From NCBI GenBank assembly GCA_051861205.1, contig JBHYDC010000010.1, forward strand, positions 65,979 to 89,978: a stretch of DNA of 24,000 nucleotides. The letters are read 5' to 3'. A program made the position numbers and the translations under genes. The stretch's first letter is position 1; each line of letters opens with the position of its first letter. Positions 1 through 8,138 of this stretch are shown here, one piece after another. The notes below the pieces were generated by a model that was not told where the DNA came from, searched no databases, and worked only from the letters and a program-made list of their open reading frames with translations. The DNA is from Oharaeibacter sp. (GTDB lineage: Bacteria > Pseudomonadota > Alphaproteobacteria > Rhizobiales > Pleomorphomonadaceae).

Positions 1-292
1 GTCATTGGCCGCGCCTGTTCTGGCGCGATCCCCATGTTCAAGGGCGTGTTCGCTTTTCCTGTGCCCGCATCCTGCGGTGGGCCGGTTGCCGTTAACAGTT
101 TTAAAAACTAACGGCCGGCATAGGAAAACTTAATGTTGCAGCGCACTTAGTCATTGCCGCCCTGTGCGAGACCGGGCAAAGCCCCACAATCCAGCAAAAC
201 ATCTCTCGTAAAGGCCCGCTTCATAGGAGGCGCCTATCAGCCGATGCGCTGAAATCCCATCCGGCGCTGCGACAGCCCGCCGCAGCTTTCCG

Positions 293-1183
293 TCACGCCG
301 CAGTTGCCCCGCGCAGCCAATCCCCGAAGGATCGCACCAGCCCCGACCCGGATTTTGCCTCGGGATAGACAAACCAATAGGCCGTTCCTGATCGAAGCGG
401 TTGGTCGAGCAGTATCTTGAGCCGCCCGGTTCGTAGTTCCTCTTCCACCAGGAATCGCGGCATCAGCGCCACACCGAGCCCCGCCACCGCCGCGCCCGCG
501 ATCATCCCGAACTGATCGAACCGCGCCCCGGCAAAGGCGCCAGCCGTATCCACCCCGGCCATGGCGAACCAATCCCGCCAAGCGGTCGGCCGTGTCGACT
601 GGTGCAGCAGCGGCAACTGCGCCACACTATCGGCGCCGCCTATCAAGCGATCGCCCGTCAGCGACGGCGAAGCCACCGGCACCACCGCCTCGTCGCAGAG
701 ATGCTCGCACACCGCCCCCGGCCACGTGGCCTCGCCATGATGAATGGCCGCGTCCAGCGGATCCTCCGCGAAGGAAAACGGCGCCAGCCGCACCGCAAAA
801 TTCACGGTCACGCCCGGATGCATCTCCAAGAACCCCGGCAATCGCGGCATCAACCACCGCGTCGCAAACGTCGGCAGCACCGCCAAGTTCAGCGTCCCCG
901 CGCTCCCCGCAGCCCCCATCACCCGCTGCGTCGCCGCTGAGAGAGCCCCCAGAATGTGCTGCACCTCTTTGAGATAAGCCCGCCCCGCATCCGTCAGAAA
1001 CACCCGCTGGTTCACCCGCTCGAACAAATCCAGCCCCAGGCTTTCCTCCAACTGCCGGATCTGCCGGCTGACCGCCCCTTGCGTCAAATGCAACTCCCCC
1101 GCCGCCCGCGAAAAACTAAGATGCCGCCCCGCGGATTCAAACGCAGACAAAGCAGGGATGGAGGGCAGGAGAGGGCGGGACAT
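293..1183 (-). CDS. LysR-family transcriptional regulator (GcvA-like subfamily)
   Basis: 296-aa ORF with ATG at 1183. The N-terminal winged-HTH signature FSRAAGELHLTQGAVSRQIRQLEESLG is typical of LysR-type regulators and is followed by a substrate-binding-domain-length C-terminus. Confidence 0.9.
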   Translation of the reverse strand: MSRPLLPSIPALSAFESAGRHLSFSRAAGELHLTQGAVSRQIRQLEESLGLDLFERVNQRVFLTDAGRAYLKEVQHILGALSAATQRVMGAAGSAGTLNLAVLPTFATRWLMPRLPGFLEMHPGVTVNFAVRLAPFSFAEDPLDAAIHHGEATWPGAVCEHLCDEAVVPVASPSLTGDRLIGGADSVAQLPLLHQSTRPTAWRDWFAMAGVDTAGAFAGARFDQFGMIAGAAVAGLGVALMPRFLVEEELRTGRLKILLDQPLRSGTAYWFVYPEAKSGSGLVRSFGDWLRGATAA

Positions 1184-1284
1184 GGAGCGTTCGGGTTCAT
1201 GAGAGTTGTCGATGCCGAGTCATTGGTAACACAAGCATTTTACTCATTCATCTTCGCTTGTTCCTCAGCGAGTTAAGCGCCCAC

Positions 1285-1334
1285 GTAGCGCCCCGCGCTA
1301 CATTTCAATTGCGTTCTGTAGCGCCCCACGCTAC
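1285..1334 (+). promoter_or_regulatory. Two copies of a 17-bp palindrome, candidate HigA operator pair upstream of higB
   Basis: GTAGCG-CCCCG-CGCTAC at 1285-1301 and GTAGCG-CCCCA-CGCTAC at 1318-1334. Both have perfect 6-bp arms, the copies start 33 bp apart, and they end 23 bp before the higB ATG. Confidence 0.6.
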
Positions 1335-1356
1335 AAGATCAAAAACGCGGCGGGCA

Positions 1357-1640
1357 ATGATCCAAAGCTGGGCATCAAAGGAGGCAAACGAGGTTTTCGA
1401 GGGGCGTTCCCCCAAGGGTTTCCCAGCCGATCGTTTCAAAACGCTGCGTCGCCGCCTCTTCCAACTCGACGCAGCGGAAACGCTCGATGATATGCGCACC
1501 CCCCCCCCGGCAATCGACTTCACGCCTTATCGGCAGATCGCGCGGGTCAATGGTCCATCAGCATCAACGCCCAATTCCGGGTCTGTTTTACGTGGGGTGC
1601 CGCGGGGCCTGAAAACGTCGATTGCGTCGACTATCACTAA
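1357..1640 (+). pseudogene. higB: HigB (RelE/ParE superfamily) toxin, frameshifted in a C10 homopolymer
   Basis: Frame 1 from ATG 1357 gives MIQSWASKEANEVFEGRSPKGFPADRFKTLRRRLFQLDAAETLDDMRTPP, a HigB-type N-terminus. The conserved C-terminus GNRLHALSADRAGQWSISINAQFRVCFTWGAAGPENVDCVDYH* is in frame 3, from 1509 to TAA 1638-1640. The frame switch lies in the C run at 1499-1508. A run of 8 or 11 C would give one ORF of about 93 aa. Confidence 0.8.
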
Positions 1641-1658
1641 GACATCAGGGAGCCTCCC

Positions 1659-1973
1659 ATGACTGATTTCGATACGTTCACGTTGCCCGCGCCGCATCCC
1701 GGTGAACATCTGCGGGAAGATTTCCTCCCGGCCTACGGCCTCACCCCCGGCGCACTTGCCCGCGCCATGGGCCTCAAGGACCGCGCTCGCATCGAGCGGA
1801 TCGTGCGCGAACAACAGGCTATCACGGCCGACACAGCGCTTCGCCTCGGCCGGGTGTTCGGCAATTCGGCGCAGTTCTGGATCAACCTTCAGGCCACGCA
1901 TGATCTGTCCAAGGCGGCCATGGCGAGCCGGAACGAACTGGCCGCCATCAAGCCCCTCCAGCCGACGGCATAG
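1659..1973 (+). CDS. higA: HigA-family antitoxin (XRE-type HTH)
   Basis: 104-aa ORF starting 18 nt after the higB stop, with a GGGAG Shine-Dalgarno. The motifs HPGEHLREDFL...GLTPGALARAMG...RIERIV...ITADTALRLGRVFGNSAQFWINLQ match the HigA/VapI antitoxin pattern. Confidence 0.9.
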   Translation: MTDFDTFTLPAPHPGEHLREDFLPAYGLTPGALARAMGLKDRARIERIVREQQAITADTALRLGRVFGNSAQFWINLQATHDLSKAAMASRNELAAIKPLQPTA

Positions 1974-1982
1974 TCACCGAGT

Positions 1983-2001
1983 TCATGAGCAAACCTCATG
2001 A
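1983..2001. promoter_or_regulatory. Perfect 7-5-7 palindrome TCATGAG-CAAAC-CTCATGA, candidate LysR-type (T-N11-A) binding site or weak hairpin
   Basis: Read directly from the sequence. It lies 10 nt after the higA stop and 133 nt before the amaB-like ATG. The core ATGAG-N5-CTCAT fits the T-N11-A layout. The half-site TCATGAG recurs at 1197-1203, next to the LysR gene start. Confidence 0.4.
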
Positions 2002-2133
2002 CCATGCCAGAAATCATCGCTTGATAGTCGTGCGCTGAAAGAGGGATAAGCGAGGCTTGAAGCCGCAAAATCCCGGCACCGCATCGGCCGTCTCGCCGTT
2101 TTCCGGCCCGGCCGCATTGCCCGAGGAACCGAC

Positions 2134-3666
2134 ATGACCGTATCGCCCAAGATCGAAAGCCTCGGCGAGGAAACCGCCGCGCTCCTCGCCCGCCTCGGTG
2201 TTCCCGCCGCATCCGTCACGGGCGGCAACCTCATCGTCCGCTCGCCAATCACCGGCGAAACCATTGGCGCGCTGCATGAGGCCGGCGCTGCCGAGATGTC
2301 CGCCGCGATCACCCGCGCTCATGCGGCGTATCTCGCCTGGCGCAAGGTGCCCGCCCCCAAGCGCGGCGAGCTCGTGCGTCTGCTCGGCGAGGAATTGCGC
2401 GCCGCCAAGGACGATCTCGGCCGTCTCGTCACCATCGAGGCTGGCAAGATCGTGTCCGAGGGCCTCGGCGAGGTCCAGGAGATGATCGACATCTGCGACT
2501 TCGCGGTCGGCCTTTCCCGCCAGCTTTACGGCCTCACCATCGCCACCGAACGCGCCTCCCACCGCATGATGGAAACGTGGCACCCGGTCGGCGTCGTCGG
2601 CGTCATCTCCGCGTTCAACTTCCCCGTCGCGGTCTGGTCGTGGAACGCAGCGCTGGCGCTCGTCTGCGGTAACACCGTCGTGTGGAAGCCGTCGGAGAAA
2701 ACCCCGCTCACCGCGCTCGCCGTCCAGGCGCTGTTCGAGCGCGCCGCCGCGAAATTCGGCGCGCCGGCCGGTCTCTCGGAAGTCGTGATCGGTACCCGCG
2801 CCGCCGGAGAGGCGTTGGTGGACGATGCCCGCGTGCCCGTCGTGTCGGCCACCGGCTCCACCGCCATGGGCCGCGCCGTCGCGCCGAAACTGGCCAAGCG
2901 CTTCGCCCGCGCGATTCTGGAACTCGGCGGCAACAACGCCGCCATCGTTTGCCCCTCGGCGGATCTCGACCTCGTCGTGCGCGCCGTCGCCTTCTCCGCC
3001 ATGGGCACCGCCGGCCAGCGCTGCACCACGCTTCGCCGCCTCTTCGTTCACGACAGCATCTACGACGCGCTCGTGCCGCGCCTGAAGAAGGCCTACGGCT
3101 CGGTCAAGGTCGGCGATCCCCGCGTCGCCGGCACGCTCGTGGGCCCGCTGATCGACGCCGCTTCGTTCCAGGCGATGCAATCCTCGCTCGACGCCGCCCG
3201 CGCGGCTGGTGGCACGATTACGGGCGGCGAACGCGCCTTCGCAGAAGCCGGGGAGGGCGCTTACTACGCCCGGCCCGCGCTCGCCGAAATGCCGGGCCAA
3301 GCCGACATCGTGGCGCACGAAACCTTCGCGCCCATCCTCTACGTGATGCGCTGGTCGACCTTCGACGACGTCCTCGCCCTGCACAACGGCGTGCCGCAGG
3401 GCCTGTCGTCGTCCATCTTCACCAACGACCTGCGCGAAGCCGAGCGATTCCTCTCCGTCGAGGGCTCGGACTGCGGCATCGCCAACGTGAATATCGGGCC
3501 CTCCGGCGCTGAAATCGGCGGGGCCTTCGGCGGCGAGAAGGAAACCGGCGGCGGCCGCGAAGCCGGCTCCGACGCCTGGAAGGCCTACATGCGCCGCGCC
3601 ACCAACACCATCAACTATGGCCGCGACCTGCCGCTTGCGCAGGGCGTCACCTTCGACGTGGAGTGA
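2134..3666 (+). CDS. amaB: ALDH7 (antiquitin)-type alpha-aminoadipic semialdehyde / L-piperideine-6-carboxylate dehydrogenase
   Basis: 510 aa with a GAGGAA Shine-Dalgarno. It reads co-linear with my recollection of ALDH7A1: [46 protein letters not shown] (catalytic Cys), [48 protein letters not shown]. Confidence 0.85.
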   Translation: MTVSPKIESLGEETAALLARLGVPAASVTGGNLIVRSPITGETIGALHEAGAAEMSAAITRAHAAYLAWRKVPAPKRGELVRLLGEELRAAKDDLGRLVTIEAGKIVSEGLGEVQEMIDICDFAVGLSRQLYGLTIATERASHRMMETWHPVGVVGVISAFNFPVAVWSWNAALALVCGNTVVWKPSEKTPLTALAVQALFERAAAKFGAPAGLSEVVIGTRAAGEALVDDARVPVVSATGSTAMGRAVAPKLAKRFARAILELGGNNAAIVCPSADLDLVVRAVAFSAMGTAGQRCTTLRRLFVHDSIYDALVPRLKKAYGSVKVGDPRVAGTLVGPLIDAASFQAMQSSLDAARAAGGTITGGERAFAEAGEGAYYARPALAEMPGQADIVAHETFAPILYVMRWSTFDDVLALHNGVPQGLSSSIFTNDLREAERFLSVEGSDCGIANVNIGPSGAEIGGAFGGEKETGGGREAGSDAWKAYMRRATNTINYGRDLPLAQGVTFDVE

Positions 3667-3670
3667 GCCG

Positions 3671-4885
3671 ATGACCGCCGTTCACAAGCCCGCCGCCGAC
3701 AAGCCTCGCGCCGTCTTTCAGTGGGACGATCCGTTTTTCCTCGACGATCAGCTCACCGAAGACGAGCGCATGATCCGCGACACCGCCCGCGCCTATGCGC
3801 AGGAAAAGCTTCAGCCGCGCGTCATCGAAGCCTATGCGGAGGAAAAAACCGACGCCTCGATCTTTCGCGAAATGGGCGAACTCGGCCTCCTCGGCGTCAC
3901 CCTGCCGGAGGAATACGGCTGCGCCGGCGCCTCATACGTGTCCTACGGTCTCGTCGCCCGCGAAGTGGAGCGTGTCGATTCCGGCTATCGCTCCATGATG
4001 AGCGTGCAATCCTCGCTCGTCATGTACCCGATCTACGCCTACGGCGATGAAGCGCAGCGCAAGCGCTATCTCCCCAAGCTCGCGTCCGGCGAATGGATCG
4101 GCTGCTTCGGCTTGACTGAACCCGACGCCGGATCGGACCCCGCCGGCATGCGCGCCCGCGCTGAAAAAGTGTCGGACGGCTACCGCCTCACCGGCTCCAA
4201 GATGTGGATCTCCAATTCCCCCATCGCCGACGTGTTCGTCGTCTGGGCGAAATCCGAAGCCCACGGCGGCGAAATCCGCGGCTTCATACTTGAGAAGGGC
4301 ATGGCCGGCCTCTCCGCCCCCAAGATCGGCGGCAAGCTTAGCTTACGCGCCTCCATCACCGGCGAGATTGTCATGGACGGCGTGGTGGTCCCCGAAAGCG
4401 CGTTGCTGCCCAACGTTTCCGGCCTCAAAGGCCCGTTCGGCTGCCTGAACCGCGCCCGCTACGGCATTTCCTGGGGCGTGCTCGGGTCAGCCGAATTCTG
4501 CTTCCACGCCGCCCGCTCCTACACGCTCGACCGCAAGCAATTCGGCAAGCCGCTGGCCCAAACCCAGCTCATCCAGAAAAAGCTCGCCGACATGCAGACC
4601 GAAATCACCCTCGGCCTGCAAGCCTCGCTGCGCGTCGGCCGCCTGTTCGACGAAGGCCGCATGGCGCCAGAGATGATCTCCCTGGTCAAGCGCAATAACT
4701 GCGGCAAAGCCCTGGATATCGCGCGCATGGCGCGAGACATGCACGGCGGCAACGGCATTTCCGAGGAATACCAAGTCATGCGCCACATGGTGAACCTTGA
4801 AACGGTGAACACCTATGAGGGCACGCATGACGTGCACGCGCTGATCCTCGGCCGCGCCATCACCGGCTTGCAAGCCTTCTTCTAA
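3671..4885 (+). CDS. gcdH: Glutaryl-CoA dehydrogenase
   Basis: I place the start at ATG 3671, 5 nt after the upstream TGA; the ORF-track start at 3617 would overlap amaB. Strong resemblance to GCDH throughout: [81 protein letters not shown]. Confidence 0.93.
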   Translation: MTAVHKPAADKPRAVFQWDDPFFLDDQLTEDERMIRDTARAYAQEKLQPRVIEAYAEEKTDASIFREMGELGLLGVTLPEEYGCAGASYVSYGLVAREVERVDSGYRSMMSVQSSLVMYPIYAYGDEAQRKRYLPKLASGEWIGCFGLTEPDAGSDPAGMRARAEKVSDGYRLTGSKMWISNSPIADVFVVWAKSEAHGGEIRGFILEKGMAGLSAPKIGGKLSLRASITGEIVMDGVVVPESALLPNVSGLKGPFGCLNRARYGISWGVLGSAEFCFHAARSYTLDRKQFGKPLAQTQLIQKKLADMQTEITLGLQASLRVGRLFDEGRMAPEMISLVKRNNCGKALDIARMARDMHGGNGISEEYQVMRHMVNLETVNTYEGTHDVHALILGRAITGLQAFF

Positions 4886-4901
4886 GCGCGAGCCCACCGT
4901 C

Positions 4902-5606
4902 ATGAGCGCCCACGCCCTCACCACCATCGGTTTCGACGCTGACGATACGCTCTGGCAGAACGAAACCTTCTACCGGCTCACCGAGGAGCGATTTCAGGCG
5001 CTGCTGGCGGACTATGCCGAGCCGGTGGACCTTTCCGCCCGGCTCTTGACGGCGGAGCGGCGCAACCTTGGGCATTATGGCTTCGGCATCAAGGGTTTCA
5101 CCCTTTCCATGATCGAAACCGCGATCGAGGTGACAGAGGGCAGGGTGCCCGCCTCGGTGATCCAAAGCATCCTTGATGCGGGCCGCGACATGCTCAGCCA
5201 TCCCGTCGAAGCGCTGCCCCATGCGCGCGAAACGCTGGAGGCGCTGGCCGGGTCTCACACGCTCGTCTTGATCACCAAGGGCGATCTCTTCGATCAGGAG
5301 CGCAAGCTCGCTGCCTCCGGGCTCGGCGAATTGTTCGACGCGGTCGAGATCGTCAGCGACAAGACCGCCGCGACCTACGAGCGCATCTTCGCCCGCCACG
5401 GCCATGGCGCCGCGCAGGCTATGATGGTCGGCAATTCGCTGAAATCAGATGTCATCCCCGCTATCCGTGCAGGCGGCTGGGGTGTTCACGTCCCGCATCA
5501 TTTGACATGGGCGGTCGAGCACGCCGAGCCCCCGGCAAACGAACCCCGCTTCCGCGCGATCGAAAACCTGTCGGGGATTGTCCCCCTGGTGCGCGCTCTG
5601 GCCTAA
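4902..5606 (+). CDS. HAD-superfamily hydrolase
   Basis: 234 aa starting 16 nt after gcdH. It carries HAD motif I (FDADDTLW) and a later GNSLKSDV-type motif. The substrate is unknown. Confidence 0.75.
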   Translation: MSAHALTTIGFDADDTLWQNETFYRLTEERFQALLADYAEPVDLSARLLTAERRNLGHYGFGIKGFTLSMIETAIEVTEGRVPASVIQSILDAGRDMLSHPVEALPHARETLEALAGSHTLVLITKGDLFDQERKLAASGLGELFDAVEIVSDKTAATYERIFARHGHGAAQAMMVGNSLKSDVIPAIRAGGWGVHVPHHLTWAVEHAEPPANEPRFRAIENLSGIVPLVRALA

Positions 5607-5610
5607 CGCC

Positions 5611-5892
5611 TCAGCGGCTGTGCACCAGCTTCAGCTTGGGGCGCGGCGCCCAGCGCGAGAAGGTCAGCAAGGTCAGCCCGTCATAGGTTTCGCCCAATGA
5701 GGTGAAATATTTCATCCGGGTCGCCAGCGCTTCGGCCTGCGCCACCGTCGCGATCGGCATCCACCGCTCCACCTGTCCAGCTCCCAAGGCGAGCGCCGCG
5801 AGCAAAAGCCCGATCTCGATCCCCTCGACGAAGTCATCGCTGCGTCCGGGAAACCGAACCACGAGCCCCTCTTCGACTTCGACGTCCCGCAT
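5611..5892 (-). CDS. Small hypothetical protein (about 93 aa), function unknown
   Basis: The ORF track gives 5611..5973 from a GTG that sits 4 nt from a strong hairpin. An internal ATG at 5892 has an AGGAG Shine-Dalgarno 7 nt upstream, so I prefer that start. I recognise no family. Confidence 0.45.
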   Translation of the reverse strand: MRDVEVEEGLVVRFPGRSDDFVEGIEIGLLLAALALGAGQVERWMPIATVAQAEALATRMKYFTSLGETYDGLTLLTFSRWAPRPKLKLVHSR

Positions 5893-5976
5893 GATCCAAC
5901 TCCTGTCTGTCGGATCATTGAAGGACGCTATGGTTAACACCCGGTGAAAGTTCACCGCGCGGTTAAGGTTCACTGC

Positions 5977-6010
5977 ATTAGGAAGGGGCGCCGAAACGCC
6001 CCTTCCTAAT
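5977..6010 (-). terminator. Perfect 14-bp stem-loop downstream of the DUF2382 gene pair (terminator-like, no clear U tract)
   Basis: ATTAGGAAGGGGCG (5977-5990), loop CCGAAA, CGCCCCTTCCTAAT (5997-6010). It lies 30 nt past the stop at 6041 on the minus strand. Confidence 0.5.
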
Positions 6011-6040
6011 CACGCTGCCGAAAATCGGTTGTGCTGCCGG

Positions 6041-6739
6041 TCAGGTCCCGGCGCGGTTCGTGTCCTTGATCGTTCCGCGCTCGTCATTGATCTCGACCGC
6101 GGTGCGGCGGTGCGTGCCGGACGCCTCTCCGGCGCGCTCCTTGCTGACGTCCACGGCCTCGGCGATTGGCATTTCAACAAAATAGGACCGCACCCGCACA
6201 CGGCCGTGACTGACGTCGCGTTTGCCGATGCGCATTTCATCCTCGACGACGGGAATGCGTTGCTCCTCATCGCTAGTGCGGCCCGCCAGCGACCGATCAG
6301 ACGCGCCGCTGATCGTGTCGGAAGCAGTCGACTCTCCACCGAAAGAGCCGCTCCAGCCTTCCTGCCGCCAAGCCGTCTCACGCGCTTCGAGATCCACGGC
6401 GCCTTCATCGTCAAGAATGTCGATCACGCGCTCGTAAAGGTCCGCGGATGGACGCACGGAGAGCACATATCCGCCGCGCCGCAGCCCTTCCGCATAGGTG
6501 GAACGATCGTCGTCGGGCAGAAACAGATCGCGAAGCGTCTCCCAAAAGCCCCCCGCCGTTTCGCTTGCCGGCGCCGCCTCATCCGCCTGGGAGCCTTCCA
6601 CGATTGTGATCGCATTGCGGGCAATGCCCAGCGCCGCCACACGCCCAGCGGCCTCATCCGCCTTAGGGCGCTGGTCGAAGAAGGCGGTAATCAGCCGGTC
6701 GGAGCCGGACTCGCTTTCAAAGCCACTAGCCATGGTCAT
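6041..6739 (-). CDS. YsnF/AvaK (DUF2382) domain stress protein
   Basis: 232 aa. The C-terminal IPVVEDEMRIGKRDVSHGRVRVRSYFVEMPIAEAV matches the DUF2382 repeat pattern. The N-terminus is acidic and low in complexity. Its ATG overlaps the stop of the upstream gene at 6736-6739. Confidence 0.75.
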   Translation of the reverse strand: MTMASGFESESGSDRLITAFFDQRPKADEAAGRVAALGIARNAITIVEGSQADEAAPASETAGGFWETLRDLFLPDDDRSTYAEGLRRGGYVLSVRPSADLYERVIDILDDEGAVDLEARETAWRQEGWSGSFGGESTASDTISGASDRSLAGRTSDEEQRIPVVEDEMRIGKRDVSHGRVRVRSYFVEMPIAEAVDVSKERAGEASGTHRRTAVEINDERGTIKDTNRAGT

Positions 6740-7071
6740 TCCTCTTCCCGGTTTTGTTCGCCGGCCACCGTTTCACGGTCCACGACGACGCGCCGCTTGA
6801 TGTGGAGTTTTTCCTTGAGGACAAGACGTTTCTCGAACACCATCACCGCCTCCGTCATCGGAACGATGAGAACGTTGCCTTTGGTGCGAACCTCCGGCGC
6901 CTGGTCGACAGGGGTGTCGAACAGCACGCGCGAAATATCCACGATCTCGGTGTCGAGCGTTTTCTCCAGTGCTCTTGCCTTGACGTCGACGAGGGTGTGA
7001 ACGCGCAGGCGAACGCCAAGAACGTCGTCACGCTCAAGAGCCGTCTCGGTTGTCGCATTGGGATTGGTCAT
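6736..7071 (-). CDS. YsnF/AvaK (DUF2382) domain protein
   Basis: I place the start at ATG 7071 (MTNPNATTE...). VLIVPMTEAVMVFEKRLVLKEKLHIKRRVVVDRETV is the typical DUF2382 core. The gene is translationally coupled to the next gene. Confidence 0.7.
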   Translation of the reverse strand: MTNPNATTETALERDDVLGVRLRVHTLVDVKARALEKTLDTEIVDISRVLFDTPVDQAPEVRTKGNVLIVPMTEAVMVFEKRLVLKEKLHIKRRVVVDRETVAGEQNREEE

Positions 7072-7097
7072 CGGTCCCCCGCTCCGTGCAGAGGATG

Positions 7098-7122
7098 AAC
7101 GGCTCAGCGATGGCCAAGTTCC
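7098..7122 (-). promoter_or_regulatory. EcfG-type (alphaproteobacterial general stress sigma factor) promoter
   Basis: The minus strand reads GGAAC (7122-7118), a 16-nt spacer TTGGCCATCGCTGAGC, then CGTT (7101-7098). The CGTT ends 26 nt before the ATG at 7071. This is an exact match to GGAAC-N16/17-CGTT. Confidence 0.75.
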
Positions 7123-7145
7123 CAATCACACTAAAGGCCGCGCAA

Positions 7146-8138
7146 TCAGCGCATCAGCGCGTCCGAAAGGCGGCCCCATGCTGCTTCGTCGGCGGGCAGG
7201 CCGAAGCGTAGCCAGGTCGGCGCATAGTCGAAGGGGCGGACGAGAATGCCCCGCGCGGCCAAGCGCTCGAACCACGCCGCCGCCCTGTCCGTGCGGGCAA
7301 GCCGGAATAGCGGCGTGCCGCCAAGCTGGGCGAGGCCGGCGGTGGAAAGCAGTCCGTCCAGCCGCGCCGCGTCCGCCTCAAGCCGCGCGCGGGCGCCGTC
7401 CAGCCAAGCCGGATCGGATAAGGCAAGCGTGCCGATTTCGATTGCAGGCCCCGGCACAGCCCAAGGCCCCAAGAGCGCCGCGATCGCCGCCGCACGGACT
7501 GGCGACGCCACGGCAAAGCCCAGCCGTACACCGGCAAGGCCATAGCTCTTCCCGAAGGATCGCAGCACCACGGTGTTTGCGGGAAGCCCGTGCGGGATCA
7601 GGCTTGCCCCCGGCACGACATCGACGAACGCCTCGTCCACCACCAGCGTTCTCACCGTCGTGGCAATCTGCGCGATCTGATCGGGTGAGAGCAGGCGCCC
7701 ATCCGGATTGTTGGGATTGACGATCACCGCCACATCGCTGCCAGTCAGATCGCTCGGATCCTCCGCCAACCAGACCTCGGCGCCGGCCGCGCGCCAGACG
7801 GCCGCATGCTCCCCATAGGTTGGGCCAAGTACGGCAACTTGGTTCGCGGCGATCAGTCGCGGCAAAAGCTGGATCAGCGCCTGCGTGCCCGGTGCCGCAA
7901 TCACCGTTGCCGGATCCGCCGCGCCATAGGCCTTCGCGGCCGCTGAAATCAGCGCCGCCAGCGCGCCCTTGCCGGGAAGCCGCGTCCAAGCGCTGGCGGG
8001 AACGTCGCCGACGGGGTAGGGAACCGGATTGATGCCAGTGGAGAGATCGATCCAGGGCTCTGGCGCTTGCGGAAAAAGCGCGCGAGCGCCATCGACGTCT
8101 CCGCCGTGCTCCAGAATGCGCGCCAACCGGTGTTCCAT
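7146..8138 (-). CDS. cobD: L-threonine-O-3-phosphate decarboxylase (Salmonella CobD; called CobC in P. denitrificans nomenclature)
   Basis: Class I/II aminotransferase fold with the HGG motif near the N-terminus ([14 protein letters not shown]), NPNNPDG, and SFGKSYGLAGVRLG (PLP lysine). ATG 8138 is preferred; ATG 8162 is possible. Confidence 0.85.
   Translation of the reverse strand: MEHRLARILEHGGDVDGARALFPQAPEPWIDLSTGINPVPYPVGDVPASAWTRLPGKGALAALISAAAKAYGAADPATVIAAPGTQALIQLLPRLIAANQVAVLGPTYGEHAAVWRAAGAEVWLAEDPSDLTGSDVAVIVNPNNPDGRLLSPDQIAQIATTVRTLVVDEAFVDVVPGASLIPHGLPANTVVLRSFGKSYGLAGVRLGFAVASPVRAAAIAALLGPWAVPGPAIEIGTLALSDPAWLDGARARLEADAARLDGLLSTAGLAQLGGTPLFRLARTDRAAAWFERLAARGILVRPFDYAPTWLRFGLPADEAAWGRLSDALMR

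Noticed and set aside
1-111. Open frame entering from the left edge (…VIGRACSGAIPMFKGVFAFPVPASCGGPVAVNSFKN*)
   Set aside because: Only 36 codons are visible, with no recognisable motif and mixed third-position composition. I cannot support it as a CDS without the upstream sequence.
1258-1356. N-terminal extensions offered by the ORF track here and at other genes: 3617-3670, 8029-8136, 15356-15487, 16348-16443, 17649-17849, 23432-23500, 7072-7125
   Set aside because: In each case the extension overlaps an upstream gene, an operator or promoter, or a repeat. Family-typical N-termini begin at an internal ATG with a plausible Shine-Dalgarno or an ATGA coupling.
2014-3384. 456-aa ORF on the minus strand
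   Set aside because: It is entirely antisense to the very well supported ALDH7-type gene. The composition is Gly/Arg/Ala/Asp-rich with no recognisable motif, which is the typical shadow ORF of a high-GC genome.
7058-7720. 220-aa plus-strand ORF, with the 7378..8232 minus-strand ORF in another frame
   Set aside because: Both overlap the threonine-phosphate decarboxylase gene in wrong frames or on the wrong strand. They are Arg/Pro-rich with no family resemblance.
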